A stretch of 49,451 nucleotides of DNA from a virus, in the IMG/VR virus record IMGVR_UViG_3300027976_003189. One strand, given 5' to 3'. The position numbers and the translations under genes were made by a program. This document shows positions 28,001 through 37,498 of this stretch, in pieces (positions within the stretch are counted from its first letter, which is position 1; each line of letters begins with the position of its first letter). A model generated the notes under the pieces. The model searched no databases. It saw only the letters and a program-made list of their open reading frames with translations, and was not told where the DNA came from.

Positions 28001-30890
28001 CTGCATCAAATACTCTTATACTAACAGGAATGCCAGCAGGAATTGATTCATCTTTATACTCTAATAGGACTCTTGCATAGAATGGATTATCTGACCTAAT
28101 ATAAGCACCGTCCATGTTCTTTTCCTCAGAACACGCTCCTTCAGCAGCAAGTAAACTTGAAAATGACATGCCATCACACTTAATTGGACAGTTCTTTCCT
28201 ATTGATCTACCATCTCTGTTAGTAAGATCAACGCTGAATGGATTTATCAATAAAACTGATATGGGAGAGGATTCAAATTCAAATAAATTATCTCCAAATG
28301 TCCCATCTGACCTTCTTGTAGACAAATCAGGAACAGTAGATTTTACTTTTATAGAGAAATCAGCTTTTTGTAGCAAAGATAACAGATCTACAGATGATGT
28401 CATCCGAAGTGATCCCTTTAATACTCCAGGAGATACTATTCTGGAAGTAAAAGAATAAAAATCTGATTCAGAAAAATTATCTATACCAGAAGATGATCCT
28501 CCGAAAATATCTTCATTAAATTTTTGAGTAGAAAATGAAGCATCAACTTGTAATGATATATTTGTATCATCCGCTATAGGAGCTCCCAGTCTATCTGAGA
28601 TTGCAGCATATATTAATACTTCTTCATCAAAGAACCCATCTAGATCTCTTTGAAATTCTATAGGATTATTCCATGAGACAGAGATAGACGAATTATCAAC
28701 AATTTCATATCTTATATTATATATGTCTAGTAATGGTATTCCAACTTCGCTAGCCGATCTAAGAGGAATAACATCTATATTTGTAGATTCTGATACTCTT
28801 CCAACCTTATCTCTATTTACTATAGTATAGAAGGCACTTTTATTATTAGGTATATCCCTATGAACAAAAGACTTATCCGATACAGATCCTTCAAAAACAA
28901 GTTCCCCATCGGTAGATTTGTAATCCGAAATTATAGGATAACCATCTTGTTTATAATAAACTTCTACTCTGGAAATTCTTTCATCAGTACTATTTGACCA
29001 TTTAATATAAGCTTTCTTATTTCCAGCCTTTACGGTTGGACTATAAGGAGCAGAAAGAGAAGGAGATAAAGTATCTAAGGAACCAGATATCTCATCTGGC
29101 AATATATCTATATCAAGAGATATATTTGGAGAATCTTCTAATATGCTATAGTTATTATGTGAATTGTAAGAAAATATTCTATAATTAACTTCTTTTCCGA
29201 GAACAAAATTATCAGAATCAGTTACTATATAAGATCCGGATGAAGCTGTTGTTTCAAATAAAATGTCTCCGTCTTCTTCCCAGGATGGAGCGTTAAATTC
29301 ATTTTTAACAATCCTTATAGAATCATAATTAGCATCAGACGGTATATTGTATTCTAAGACAACAATCCTATCTCCGTTATCAGGATTAGGTTTCGACTTA
29401 TCACTACTATCATCAATAGTTGTAAATTGAGATATATAAGAATCACTTCTTATTGTATTATGTATACTGACTTCTGTTATTTTTCCGAAAAATTTATCAT
29501 AAGAACTAATTCTGTCATAACCAATATCTGCATACTTGTCATCGCCAGATAGTGAATATGCGGCTATCGTGGATGATGAAACACTAAAGCCATTTACAAA
29601 GAATTCTACTGCCCTTGTAGACATATTAACCGTAACCGCTACATGGTTCCATTCATTTGCTGTTAAAGCAGAACCTGATGTCAAAACAGAAGATCCTATC
29701 TTAATTCCAATCTTATCAGTATCTTGGTAAAGTAGATAATTAGTATTAGACGCTGACTGTACACCAGTAATAGCTTTTGTCCCGGTTATAGTATATGGAT
29801 AAATCCATGCCATTACTGTTAAATTTTCAGATGAACCTATTGATAAAGACTGAGATGCAGATTCAGACTGCGCGTACGTTGTAATACTATTAAATCTTAA
29901 TCCCGACAAACCTGAAGGAACATCAGCCGTGCCAAGCCATACTGGTTTCTCATCAGTAATAAGTAAATTTACCTTATTATCAGAGAAATCATATATCCTA
30001 CCTTTTGATCCCTCATCCATATGCCATGCAGCAATAAGGTTATCATCCCTTACTACTCCTGTTCCTCGTAAGGATTGACCAGAAAAAGATGCGACTCCTC
30101 TTGGAATAACTCTCTCTCTTGGAGTAACTTTTATATTCTTTCCACTACTAAAGTGGAAATTCTTATCAAATGTAAATATAGAATAGAAGTATTCTGTTCC
30201 TTCAATTAAATCTATGTCAAGTATAGCTTCAAAAAATCCCTCAGTAACTATATCTCCATCAATAGGACTTGTAGGATAAGATCCTTCTTTCCTTAAAACC
30301 CTTATACCTGCGAATCTGCTCTCATCATCCTGAAAGAAGGAATTGTTTATATCTTGGAAATTAGTTCCAGAAATATCTGAGCTTTGCAATATAGCAAACA
30401 TTGTAACGTTAATAGGATCTCCAGCAAAACTTAATAAGTTAAAAGATACATTTCCAGGATATGTGCTTGCCAACCTTGTAACCAATCTCTGCGCCATTGT
30501 ATGACGAAGACCTGTCTGATCGTTCCAACTCTGACTACCGCTCATATCCATAAGAATAGACATTATGTGGTCATCAAGAGAAAGATCAACCTTCTCTACG
30601 TCTCCATCAACTTGTGTTATTTTTGTTCTAAAAAGTAGATCATCCGTAACCTCAGAGGAGAAATTGGAAATTGATCTTGTAATATTTTCTGCTGGATACG
30701 AACTTAAAGCATCAGGGTCAGATTTATTGGGCTGAGAGTCTGTTGACTCAATAAGAGAATCACGATCACTAAATACTTTTATAGCATGCTTCTTATTACT
30801 ATTTAAAAGCCAAACACCAGTAGAAAGAGAAGATTCCTTGTCGGAAGCTTTATAATATTCTAAATGTCCATTTTCAATCAATTCAGACAT
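22020..30890 (-). CDS. giant multidomain virion/tail adhesin-like protein (split vWA, FN3-like, LamG, Ig-like, Kelch propeller, three C-terminal A9-like Ig repeats)
   Basis: MIDAS DMSGSQS at aa 115; LamG AAWHMDEG...WNHVAVT; Kelch repeats LYAIGG/IYVIGG/IYIVGG/FITGG; vWA C-half GGSPIFDAI...LLTD...KTGG at aa ~2198-2292. No signal peptide. Confidence 0.88.
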   Translation of the reverse strand: MSELIENGHLEYYKASDKESSLSTGVWLLNSNKKHAIKVFSDRDSLIESTDSQPNKSDPDALSSYPAENITRSISNFSSEVTDDLLFRTKITQVDGDVEKVDLSLDDHIMSILMDMSGSQSWNDQTGLRHTMAQRLVTRLASTYPGNVSFNLLSFAGDPINVTMFAILQSSDISGTNFQDINNSFFQDDESRFAGIRVLRKEGSYPTSPIDGDIVTEGFFEAILDIDLIEGTEYFYSIFTFDKNFHFSSGKNIKVTPRERVIPRGVASFSGQSLRGTGVVRDDNLIAAWHMDEGSKGRIYDFSDNKVNLLITDEKPVWLGTADVPSGLSGLRFNSITTYAQSESASQSLSIGSSENLTVMAWIYPYTITGTKAITGVQSASNTNYLLYQDTDKIGIKIGSSVLTSGSALTANEWNHVAVTVNMSTRAVEFFVNGFSVSSSTIAAYSLSGDDKYADIGYDRISSYDKFFGKITEVSIHNTIRSDSYISQFTTIDDSSDKSKPNPDNGDRIVVLEYNIPSDANYDSIRIVKNEFNAPSWEEDGDILFETTASSGSYIVTDSDNFVLGKEVNYRIFSYNSHNNYSILEDSPNISLDIDILPDEISGSLDTLSPSLSAPYSPTVKAGNKKAYIKWSNSTDERISRVEVYYKQDGYPIISDYKSTDGELVFEGSVSDKSFVHRDIPNNKSAFYTIVNRDKVGRVSESTNIDVIPLRSASEVGIPLLDIYNIRYEIVDNSSISVSWNNPIEFQRDLDGFFDEEVLIYAAISDRLGAPIADDTNISLQVDASFSTQKFNEDIFGGSSSGIDNFSESDFYSFTSRIVSPGVLKGSLRMTSSVDLLSLLQKADFSIKVKSTVPDLSTRRSDGTFGDNLFEFESSPISVLLINPFSVDLTNRDGRSIGKNCPIKCDGMSFSSLLAAEGACSEEKNMDGAYIRSDNPFYARVLLEYKDESIPAGIPVSIRVFDAAVDVCKPTSRPLRVSTTVLPLATTLSSVVKIQDIVDKDTGKTTGEKEIISFVDIPLSVPRFEQGAILYISVNYNGYHVSKDMTLYFNNILFIKNTVLAPISDGTDVAEQFAQAYLIDPDFPNDENKIKLLPDGTVIRWSLALGEFGVNRPFYSTDPTVPTSGVFSRINNGVSRGVFFGPASGVKWNTVISGGGILFIGERYTISTSVQYDGLSAKDNVPVEIFPLTYGFNSRFGFRFLMEFPEMKNVIWADGEDYVKLRISKDASSALTKYASCFRSCAISFGSDISSLIEGQGIILNTGIERTLSQDINDEDPTTVLESGAVNILWGDVEEGIDPYTGYRSISLGDNGKSAKDRAVIEIEDSDDTYVYFQINGFFPPPKGGCPSGDSPLGDDAVVNPCECLGATDKPLSPILCTEITVSGSTGLFLDGASRFARGGGGIKDGVPPTIIVPREPLEISFAGLKANGNPSNALVIDGETVNEIFVFVSFSGKNVPDGTPIRVDIESNITGGKSKIVPRSLIIYTRASTDDDIDDTISKSYASVTIDPINPEDEVFEIIRFTTTYDKSGEVDRERNVCVSVEYSTGNFDETDIPDIFSSRLDVFNTVSEDWDASLSPMSKPRGHMILETVDNNLYAIGGIDATTISKTNEKYSVDSDEWTLVSSMPTPRFGAMSVVNNDKIYVIGGITADPIAKTMDVSNSIEVYNPSLDEWDVLTSMPIIDNDTVDGRNYGVCFGIAQVISDKIYILCGVTEISNQGKLDKLNDRVLIYDINTDEWAVTSLFSGVDLDIYQRISPTSFYDGSSIYIVGGASILDRKSGDDQLSYPSDTFVFDIGTEDISINDGEFTSIPDPRYKSVSVSYNDNRYFIGGSNEQSQHLRLIEKIDTSIYPFEYTKLDNMPKSKTAASAAVALAGEYGDPSIFITGGFESGRKDGFLQMLTSISPSNMRLDGKSTVSLNIELKDDAGEYPDRDVNVSVRGFIKFLTASSISKPEEILGQQSDKGQGQSAELQEDSLSVYPVLFTRKIITISEGKGVATLLPRGEDILESIKLESIETIKDITDASIDLDTDIAKKLLLKIITGEIRESYQILVQVTINDSEFYGQTINDVSLFGDNKSSVNIKNSKKKNSSIKITGESDICDVVHSLNTSIVWSSFSKGITFENIDVLSSSIGGFDTAASTVFSLIPSALAQQSSPIVGCYSDIDWVPVAKKILYKNDASVESILSKLRNLENTVSFGGSPIFDAIYSVAGILSDNSVDDKSKSIYLLTDNESNLSILSKEEAIESVNSIDGKGLVPVIIGNFSIVEPITLSAKSNRSDTNGLDEISKKTGGQSITVLSELFINDLIDIFAGGATGSLGYGLFEFTVDIGDIALITGISAIFELFENTSGNWKVSFSKDGFSFTNVNDVYAANDIISFNNVEARYIKFSVVLITGFTASNDPEYETIPLPGSPSLQSVSISFNLSKESYLFLDIENTEAIPQQVVIATNDVNINGGNDIQIGVATSRTSNWIDFQSGNQKHISYNGKIFIPIRFSNDIDKFSDEPIIKIDRFSYKAKFGRWDPSSQVAIVDSSGDSISSDSYRVFPREGIVVFSSSQSKNLFIRINNGNNLRVGMRLINKSVSDPIEIDGIGFMYNSNINLLPPLDKIAPEADNIILTPDDPEVYSVFTSQYKFVDINGDEEDTDQTEIRWYINGARILFLDDLRTWNDISDFSDPLWRKVLTINTKDITENITAEMLARKAKQSIVKPGDKVYFTVRPSDGELFGNVFQSNITTVSEGSPTAENVKLVAISATGSTAKKFTANSSIVIQFSLLSDSSENKSKITWLVNGEEFKSGIFGEEKKIGNIIFKADRIIPGETNSVNTIPFIMGNEISVEISPETGGASGEVITSESVLIENAPPIVTNILLGPSRPRRSQNLVLTYSFSDADIANGDSNQSDQSDIKWFRNNIEVKDLKDEKIVPSSFIKESERWFARIIPSDGLDSSDPVDSNTVTIL

Positions 30891-31736
30891 TTAACCAACC
30901 TTTATTGCCGAGGGTAAAAAATCATATTCATCACTATCAACCATCTCCCATATAACGTAATTCTTATTACTACCTCCACTGGCAGATAATACAATTGAGT
31001 TATCTCCGCTAAAAACTATAACAGACCCATCTATTGATCTGGTATCGAAATTATACCAATCATCTACTATAATACTATCAAGAGTAGTCTTATAATCATA
31101 TATCAATAACGGATTTGTTGGCAGATAATCCACTGTCTCATACATTTGTACATGGACGGTTGTAAATGGGCTTTCCGTTAAATCTGGTCCATATCCGGAT
31201 GGAGTACTAGAACTATCACTAATATACAATTTGTCTAAAAACGATCCTATATCCTTCATTTGTATTCCAAGATGATGAGTATCTGTATCTGGAATAATAA
31301 ATGACAATTCAATCCATGTCCAGTCAGTAGTTGCAGAAACCTGGCTAAAGGTATTAACAACATTTTCGTCTATAAGTATATCTATATTTGTTGTTGCATT
31401 TGGATTTTTAATCCTTAGCCATAAATTATAGCCATCAGGTGTGGACGTTTTTATAGGATATACAGCATAATCAAATAACTCTGAAACGGATGTATTCTCT
31501 ATTACACTAAGGTATCCATTTCCAGTAAAATCTGCATCGGTATCAGAAAATATAACATAATTTCCATTTTCCTCAATTGAAGAAAAATTACTAGCATCTA
31601 TAGACACATCTTCGCTAATATCAAAATATTTATTTACGTTATAGCCAACTTTTTTTAGGTATAACGATACCTTAGTCGGAATGTACGATCCATTAACAGA
31701 AAAAGATTGTGATAACCGTGAAAATTGATTTGACAT
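30891..31736 (-). CDS. putative virion protein: beta-sandwich with inserted carbohydrate-binding-module-like domain
   Basis: LSQSF...VSLYLKKVG and WYNFD...IVLS flank a CBM6/35-like segment (YNLWLR...WTW...HHLGIQMKDIGSFLDKLYI). Confidence 0.75.
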   Translation of the reverse strand: MSNQFSRLSQSFSVNGSYIPTKVSLYLKKVGYNVNKYFDISEDVSIDASNFSSIEENGNYVIFSDTDADFTGNGYLSVIENTSVSELFDYAVYPIKTSTPDGYNLWLRIKNPNATTNIDILIDENVVNTFSQVSATTDWTWIELSFIIPDTDTHHLGIQMKDIGSFLDKLYISDSSSTPSGYGPDLTESPFTTVHVQMYETVDYLPTNPLLIYDYKTTLDSIIVDDWYNFDTRSIDGSVIVFSGDNSIVLSASGGSNKNYVIWEMVDSDEYDFLPSAIKVG

Positions 31737-31746
31737 ATTATGACTC

Positions 31747-34700
31747 TTATACAGGAGCTCCTGTACTTAATCTAATCGGCTGTTCTATAAGAGGTGTCTT
31801 TAATCTGTCGTATCCGAATAGCCAAGGTTCGTTATTTATAAGTATAATTTTATGTATAGATTCTAAATTTGAATCTTCCATTAAATCAAAACCTCCAGTC
31901 CCATTAAGAATATAGTATGAGCCATCAGATACCCCTGCTACTATACTAATTGTGTCAGACGCTATGCAGTTAAAAACTATATCCGAAGATGCTGATCTAT
32001 CTCCCAAAACGTCAATAAGAGACAATATTGGATCATTATTAGAGTAAAAAGTACTATCGTCCTTCCTCAAGCCACTTGACGTTGCTGCAAATATAAGAGA
32101 CTTAAACTTAGACAAAGCATTTATAGTAATATCAAATGCCTTTCCTGATTCACTAAAATTAAGGCCATTTGATGATTTGTAAATTGATCCGTCTACTATA
32201 GCGAATATAAAATCCGGATTTATCATTACCTCAACAGGATCAGTAGAGCTAACAACTTTGAGCCATAGTTCTTGTTGCTCAGCCTTGTAATATATACCGT
32301 CAGAAGCACCAATTATTAAAGAATTTGATATGCCTTTTATACTAAATAAATCATTTGGCAATCCTGATCTACCAATTTTTGTCCAGATTGATCCGTAATC
32401 TGATGAATAATATATATTAGACTTTGTAAGAACATATATATTATTATTTATTCTTATTATATCTTTTACAAATATATTTTTTTCCGAAGATGTAAATTCT
32501 ATTTCATCAATATCTAAATTAGAAATATCAATAGATAACAAGCCTCCTATTCCTCCAACTAATATTTTTCCTGTTTCAGAAATAAATAAAACAGAAGTAA
32601 CGGAAAATAAAGATAAAGATATATCATTTACAGATTCCTCTTCTAATGTATAATCTACCGTAGAATCTAATTTTCCATAAAAATCAGAATTTCTTGGGAC
32701 AATATACTTTGCCTGATACGGAGCTATAACATATTCCTGCTGAGAAGGCCAAATCTTTTCATTTAGGACTCCTCCTTTTACAATATTGGAATGAAATACC
32801 TGAGACAATGCAGATGGCAGTCCTGAGTTAGCTAACTCTAATTTATCTTCTAAATCTCTGTGAGTATTATCTCCAATATTCTTAACTGTAGATCCTATTA
32901 TATCAATATTTAATACGTCAAATTTAGAATACTCTTTTGAAAACGTAAATGATCCGTCAGATACATTTATAACAACTCCAGTATCAGAAACTGATATCTC
33001 AGGATAAGAAAAAGGTTCTTCTCCTTCAGACGTTTCTATAACCCTAGCATCTTCAAATAGGTATGATAGAAAATTACTAATAGATAAAATAGAATCCCTA
33101 ACAACATCAGAAAGTATCTCTCCATCATTTAGTTTTACAGCATCAGCATCTAATTCTCCGCCTTCATCTCTTACTTTTTGATTATTAACAATATCAAATA
33201 CTCTATTAGATTTGCTCTTAGCAATATCTAGTGACAATAAAGCACCTGCATAATAAGAATTTCTTTCTGTTATTTCTGGATATATCAAATTAGAAAAATT
33301 AGATTCATTTTCTATAGCAACTTTGTCAATATTATATATCTCTTTTCCATTTACTCTTATAACTATTTTAGAATCAAACTTATGACCAGCCCACCCTCCT
33401 GATTCAATGGTGTACTTTTTATACTGATTTGCCACAGTAACTTTAGATAATACATCTATTTTTTCATCAAAGCTTATAGTATTATTAGAAATACTATATC
33501 TATAAGATATATCTATTTTCTGGTTATCAATATAAACAGATGGAATAACCCCGTTAATAGCATCATATAATAAATTTATTTTGTTATTATTTTTTGTAAA
33601 TATTCTCTTATCCGAAAGAATAAACAACATATCTTCTATAATTGATATTCCTGTTACAACTGCCTGATTAATAGTTATATTTATTTCTGGCATAGAATTC
33701 TTAAAATCTATATCAGTATCACTATATATATCTGAAGTCTTATCAGATATCAATAATCCCAAATCTGTTGATATGTAAATTCTGTCATCATATATGGTTA
33801 AATTTCTGGCATAATCTGAGTCTAATGATGCTATTTCTATAAAATCTACTCCATCTTTTCTCCAAACAGTATCATTACTTATAGCAAATATTTTTTCATT
33901 ACTAATTGCAAAATTATATAGTTTTTTTGTCAAATCAAATTCTGAGGAGAAAGACCATGACAAACCATTATTAGAAGATTCTAATAATCCGAATTCATTA
34001 CCAACTACGATTCTGTCATCATTAGAATCATAAAGCATGCCATAAGCTTCTGTACTTCTTACACCAAATATAGGAGTTTGATCCCAAGATAAGAACTTAT
34101 CAACTCTATTAATATCTATCTTAAAAACCCCAAGATCAGTGCTGCAATATATAAAGTTATCAGCATCGATAATCATATCTCTTACAACTTTTACGTTCTC
34201 TAATCCTGGTATCTTTGTCCAAGACACCAGATCCCCACTTGACAAAAAAACTCCCTTATTAGTTGCTACTAAATATTTTCCCAAACTATTAGAATATATA
34301 ATTTTTCCAGGAGCGTATTTTGTATCAAATAGTATAACCCATGTTAATCCGAAATCGTCACTAGACATTATACCATTACTAGTCGAAGCAAGGAGCCTAT
34401 CGGATGTTCCGACTTGAAAAACATCATAAAAAGATACAGACTTTCCTATAACCTCAGATACTACAGATAAAGAGAAATTTAAGAAATCCTCAGTATCTGT
34501 TGATATCTGGTCTGGAATAATCTTATGATTAATTCTACCATTATGATTTACAGTTGGGATTTGTCCAATATTAATATAACCAGAATCTACCTGATTAGCA
34601 CTTATATCTCCCATTTTATCAAGAGGCAAGATATTTGATACTTCTGAAACTCCTAAAAGCTCAACTTCTATAAATGGAGGTTCTGTATATTCCAGTATGA

Positions 34701-37497
34701 CATCTCTTGGAAGAACTCTACCACGTCTTCCTGTTAAGATTAAAGTAGCTTCATAAGCCTTATTTAGCCTATCAGTTTGTTCATCTTCAGTTCCTGAATT
34801 GGCATTATTTTGAAAATCAACTAATTTTTCCAACCTGACCCTATCACTGGAAGATAACCCTAAACTATCTAAGTCAGATGCTATGGATCTTAAATAAGAA
34901 GCTATCTGAAACTGCTTGATTTCGTCAGTAGAGAAAAGTATCTTTTCGAATACTAATGTTCCTTTTTCAAAATCTATAGTATAAAGAATATCTATAGGCT
35001 CTCCGTTTATTCTTACTACAGACTCGGCTGCACCACTCATATCAGACTCTGTTGTATACTGAAAAAAATCTTCTGTTACCCAGTCTGATACTAGTATATT
35101 ACTACCTAAATCTATCCTTCTGTCTGTTCCGTCATTGTCTAATGTGTGCTTGTGAAAAGAAATTTGCCTTATAGTTTCCTCTCTAACAGGATCTTCTATA
35201 TTCTTTATCTCATTTGCAGGAGTTTCGTCTATTGATATTATTCCGTTATCTACAGTAATTTTAGCCAGTATAATAGATAAATTTGGATAAGTCTGAGATT
35301 CTGAAACGATAACGTCAACTTCGTCTCTGTATTTTCTTATAATATAATAGTACTTACTACCTCCAGTAAGCAAAACATCTTCATCTGTATATGATAAAGC
35401 AGAAGCATCAGCAGATGCTACTGGTTCAAATGAATACTTATTCCCAATTGATCTATGAATCTCATAACCATCAAATTGCTCAGTTCCATTATTTGTCCAG
35501 GTAAGAACTGAATCAAATCCAGACTGAACAACAGAAAGCGTAGACGGAGACGAGAATGTTCCACCAGTAGACGGTGATGATATAAGTAAAGTATAAGATA
35601 TATAATTATCTTCAGGATTAAAAGATTCCTGTCCAAAAATATCTATAGATGTAACAAAGTAAGCATACTGGTTTCCTTTAATAACTCCGAAATCTGTATA
35701 TTTAGTTACACTTGACGGAACAGTATCAATAACATTAAAGTCATCTGCTGTTAAAAATGAAGTAAAATTAGCTCTCCATATTTTATGGTAAGATATTAAT
35801 GATACATTACTTTTATCCCAAGATATTTGAATAATGCCATTACCGGAAGAAGATCCTTGACCATCTGGAACATCAGGTCTCTCTACATTATCTATAGACA
35901 GTGTTGTATAAGAGGATGATGTACTTGATCCTTCATTCTCATATATGTTAACAGGTCTTATCGTGAAATCAAATTTAGAATTAGTGGAAAATTCAGATGA
36001 AGATAGTGTATAGTTTGATGTTATCCCTATATTAAGTTCGGAAACCAGATCCTCTACAACAGTAGTATTTAAATTAGTTTTAGTTATAGTTAAGATATTA
36101 TAACCAAGAAACTTACTCTTACTATTTGTCCACGTTATAAAAAAGGCATTACCATCTGTCTTTAACACACTTAAATTGGTAATTGGAGATGGAACTTTAA
36201 AACTAGGAGTTTTAAAAGACGTAATAATGCCATTGCTAACATTGGCATTCAGATCAACTGATTGAACAATAAGAAGAAATGATGTATTTTCTTTTATTGA
36301 GGAAAATGAAGTAGAACCACTGGAACTTGTAAACGGCAGTACCTGTACTACCCTGCTCGTAACTCCATCTAGAACTTTTATAGGATTTGATCTAATACCG
36401 TTGGATATAAATGTTAGAATATAACTTGCTGGCAGTTCTACATACGGATCTATAAAAGGAGTCCAATCAAGAGAAACTATAACATTTTCTTCGCTTGATA
36501 AACCTTTTGAAAATGATATATCAATATCAGATATTTCTTCTGGTCCATTATTGAATGTAGGTATAGATCTGACTATAACCTCTTCTGAATATATATTATT
36601 AGATGTTACAGCATATAATTCTAAATTATATGGAATATTATTTTCCAATCCTCGAATTACTAGAAAATTCTTTTCAGGTTGAGCCTCAAATACGCCAAAT
36701 GTCTCAACGAATTCATAAGATAGATTCAATTTCTTAACATGAACTTCGTATTTATCTATATTATCTGAAGGAGATGTTTCCCAAAATAACTGAATTAAAC
36801 CGTCACCTGAAAAAATCTTGGCACTAGTTGGGCCAACAGGTATACTTAAATCTTTTGTAGTACTTATAGTTACAACAGAAGAAAAAGAACTTAAATTTCC
36901 TGTATAATCTACGGCTTTAATTTTATAATAATATAATGTATTTTCTTCAACATTAATATCTTCGTAAACTTCTGTTCCTGATTCTATCCTATACTCTGTA
37001 TCATAAACCGATCCATTAGTACTTCTTGCTATGACATAATGAGAAAGATCAACTTCAGAACTGCCATCCCATAATAATGATACACTATTAAATGATACAT
37101 CATCTACTGTAAACCCTAATGGAGTGGCTGGTGCTGTTATGTCTACAACAGTAACCAATGATAATGGAGAGAATCCGCTGAAACCTCCTATGATACCTTG
37201 CTTCCTTCTCATATAGAGATAAAAGGTATTATTGTCAGATATCTCAACTATCTTAGTACCAAAAGTTCTTGTAGCGAACCTCTTAATTAGTCCCATGCCT
37301 GGAGATACAGCCAATTCAAAATCAACTTCACTGAATACAGAAACCCCCCAGCCATCTATGCGACCATCAGTTATCTGATCTGCAAGAAATGCTAACTGGT
37401 TATCAATAGTTAAAAATCTACGCCTATCAGCAGATGCCGAATAGATGTCTCCAAATGAGAATGCTTCTAGCTGGTATATAGGAGTTCTAATTGGCAT
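31747..37497 (-). CDS. giant tail-fibre-like protein with six FN3 domains and two BNR/Asp-box beta-propeller regions
   Basis: FN3 motifs (VSLLWD...YYYKIKAVDYTGNLS); Asp-boxes SDDFGLTW, SSNNGLSW, SSDYGSIW, SSNGLNF. Confidence 0.87.
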   Translation of the reverse strand: MPIRTPIYQLEAFSFGDIYSASADRRRFLTIDNQLAFLADQITDGRIDGWGVSVFSEVDFELAVSPGMGLIKRFATRTFGTKIVEISDNNTFYLYMRRKQGIIGGFSGFSPLSLVTVVDITAPATPLGFTVDDVSFNSVSLLWDGSSEVDLSHYVIARSTNGSVYDTEYRIESGTEVYEDINVEENTLYYYKIKAVDYTGNLSSFSSVVTISTTKDLSIPVGPTSAKIFSGDGLIQLFWETSPSDNIDKYEVHVKKLNLSYEFVETFGVFEAQPEKNFLVIRGLENNIPYNLELYAVTSNNIYSEEVIVRSIPTFNNGPEEISDIDISFSKGLSSEENVIVSLDWTPFIDPYVELPASYILTFISNGIRSNPIKVLDGVTSRVVQVLPFTSSSGSTSFSSIKENTSFLLIVQSVDLNANVSNGIITSFKTPSFKVPSPITNLSVLKTDGNAFFITWTNSKSKFLGYNILTITKTNLNTTVVEDLVSELNIGITSNYTLSSSEFSTNSKFDFTIRPVNIYENEGSSTSSSYTTLSIDNVERPDVPDGQGSSSGNGIIQISWDKSNVSLISYHKIWRANFTSFLTADDFNVIDTVPSSVTKYTDFGVIKGNQYAYFVTSIDIFGQESFNPEDNYISYTLLISSPSTGGTFSSPSTLSVVQSGFDSVLTWTNNGTEQFDGYEIHRSIGNKYSFEPVASADASALSYTDEDVLLTGGSKYYYIIRKYRDEVDVIVSESQTYPNLSIILAKITVDNGIISIDETPANEIKNIEDPVREETIRQISFHKHTLDNDGTDRRIDLGSNILVSDWVTEDFFQYTTESDMSGAAESVVRINGEPIDILYTIDFEKGTLVFEKILFSTDEIKQFQIASYLRSIASDLDSLGLSSSDRVRLEKLVDFQNNANSGTEDEQTDRLNKAYEATLILTGRRGRVLPRDVILEYTEPPFIEVELLGVSEVSNILPLDKMGDISANQVDSGYINIGQIPTVNHNGRINHKIIPDQISTDTEDFLNFSLSVVSEVIGKSVSFYDVFQVGTSDRLLASTSNGIMSSDDFGLTWVILFDTKYAPGKIIYSNSLGKYLVATNKGVFLSSGDLVSWTKIPGLENVKVVRDMIIDADNFIYCSTDLGVFKIDINRVDKFLSWDQTPIFGVRSTEAYGMLYDSNDDRIVVGNEFGLLESSNNGLSWSFSSEFDLTKKLYNFAISNEKIFAISNDTVWRKDGVDFIEIASLDSDYARNLTIYDDRIYISTDLGLLISDKTSDIYSDTDIDFKNSMPEINITINQAVVTGISIIEDMLFILSDKRIFTKNNNKINLLYDAINGVIPSVYIDNQKIDISYRYSISNNTISFDEKIDVLSKVTVANQYKKYTIESGGWAGHKFDSKIVIRVNGKEIYNIDKVAIENESNFSNLIYPEITERNSYYAGALLSLDIAKSKSNRVFDIVNNQKVRDEGGELDADAVKLNDGEILSDVVRDSILSISNFLSYLFEDARVIETSEGEEPFSYPEISVSDTGVVINVSDGSFTFSKEYSKFDVLNIDIIGSTVKNIGDNTHRDLEDKLELANSGLPSALSQVFHSNIVKGGVLNEKIWPSQQEYVIAPYQAKYIVPRNSDFYGKLDSTVDYTLEEESVNDISLSLFSVTSVLFISETGKILVGGIGGLLSIDISNLDIDEIEFTSSEKNIFVKDIIRINNNIYVLTKSNIYYSSDYGSIWTKIGRSGLPNDLFSIKGISNSLIIGASDGIYYKAEQQELWLKVVSSTDPVEVMINPDFIFAIVDGSIYKSSNGLNFSESGKAFDITINALSKFKSLIFAATSSGLRKDDSTFYSNNDPILSLIDVLGDRSASSDIVFNCIASDTISIVAGVSDGSYYILNGTGGFDLMEDSNLESIHKIILINNEPWLFGYDRLKTPLIEQPIRLSTGAPV

Positions 37498-37498
37498 A

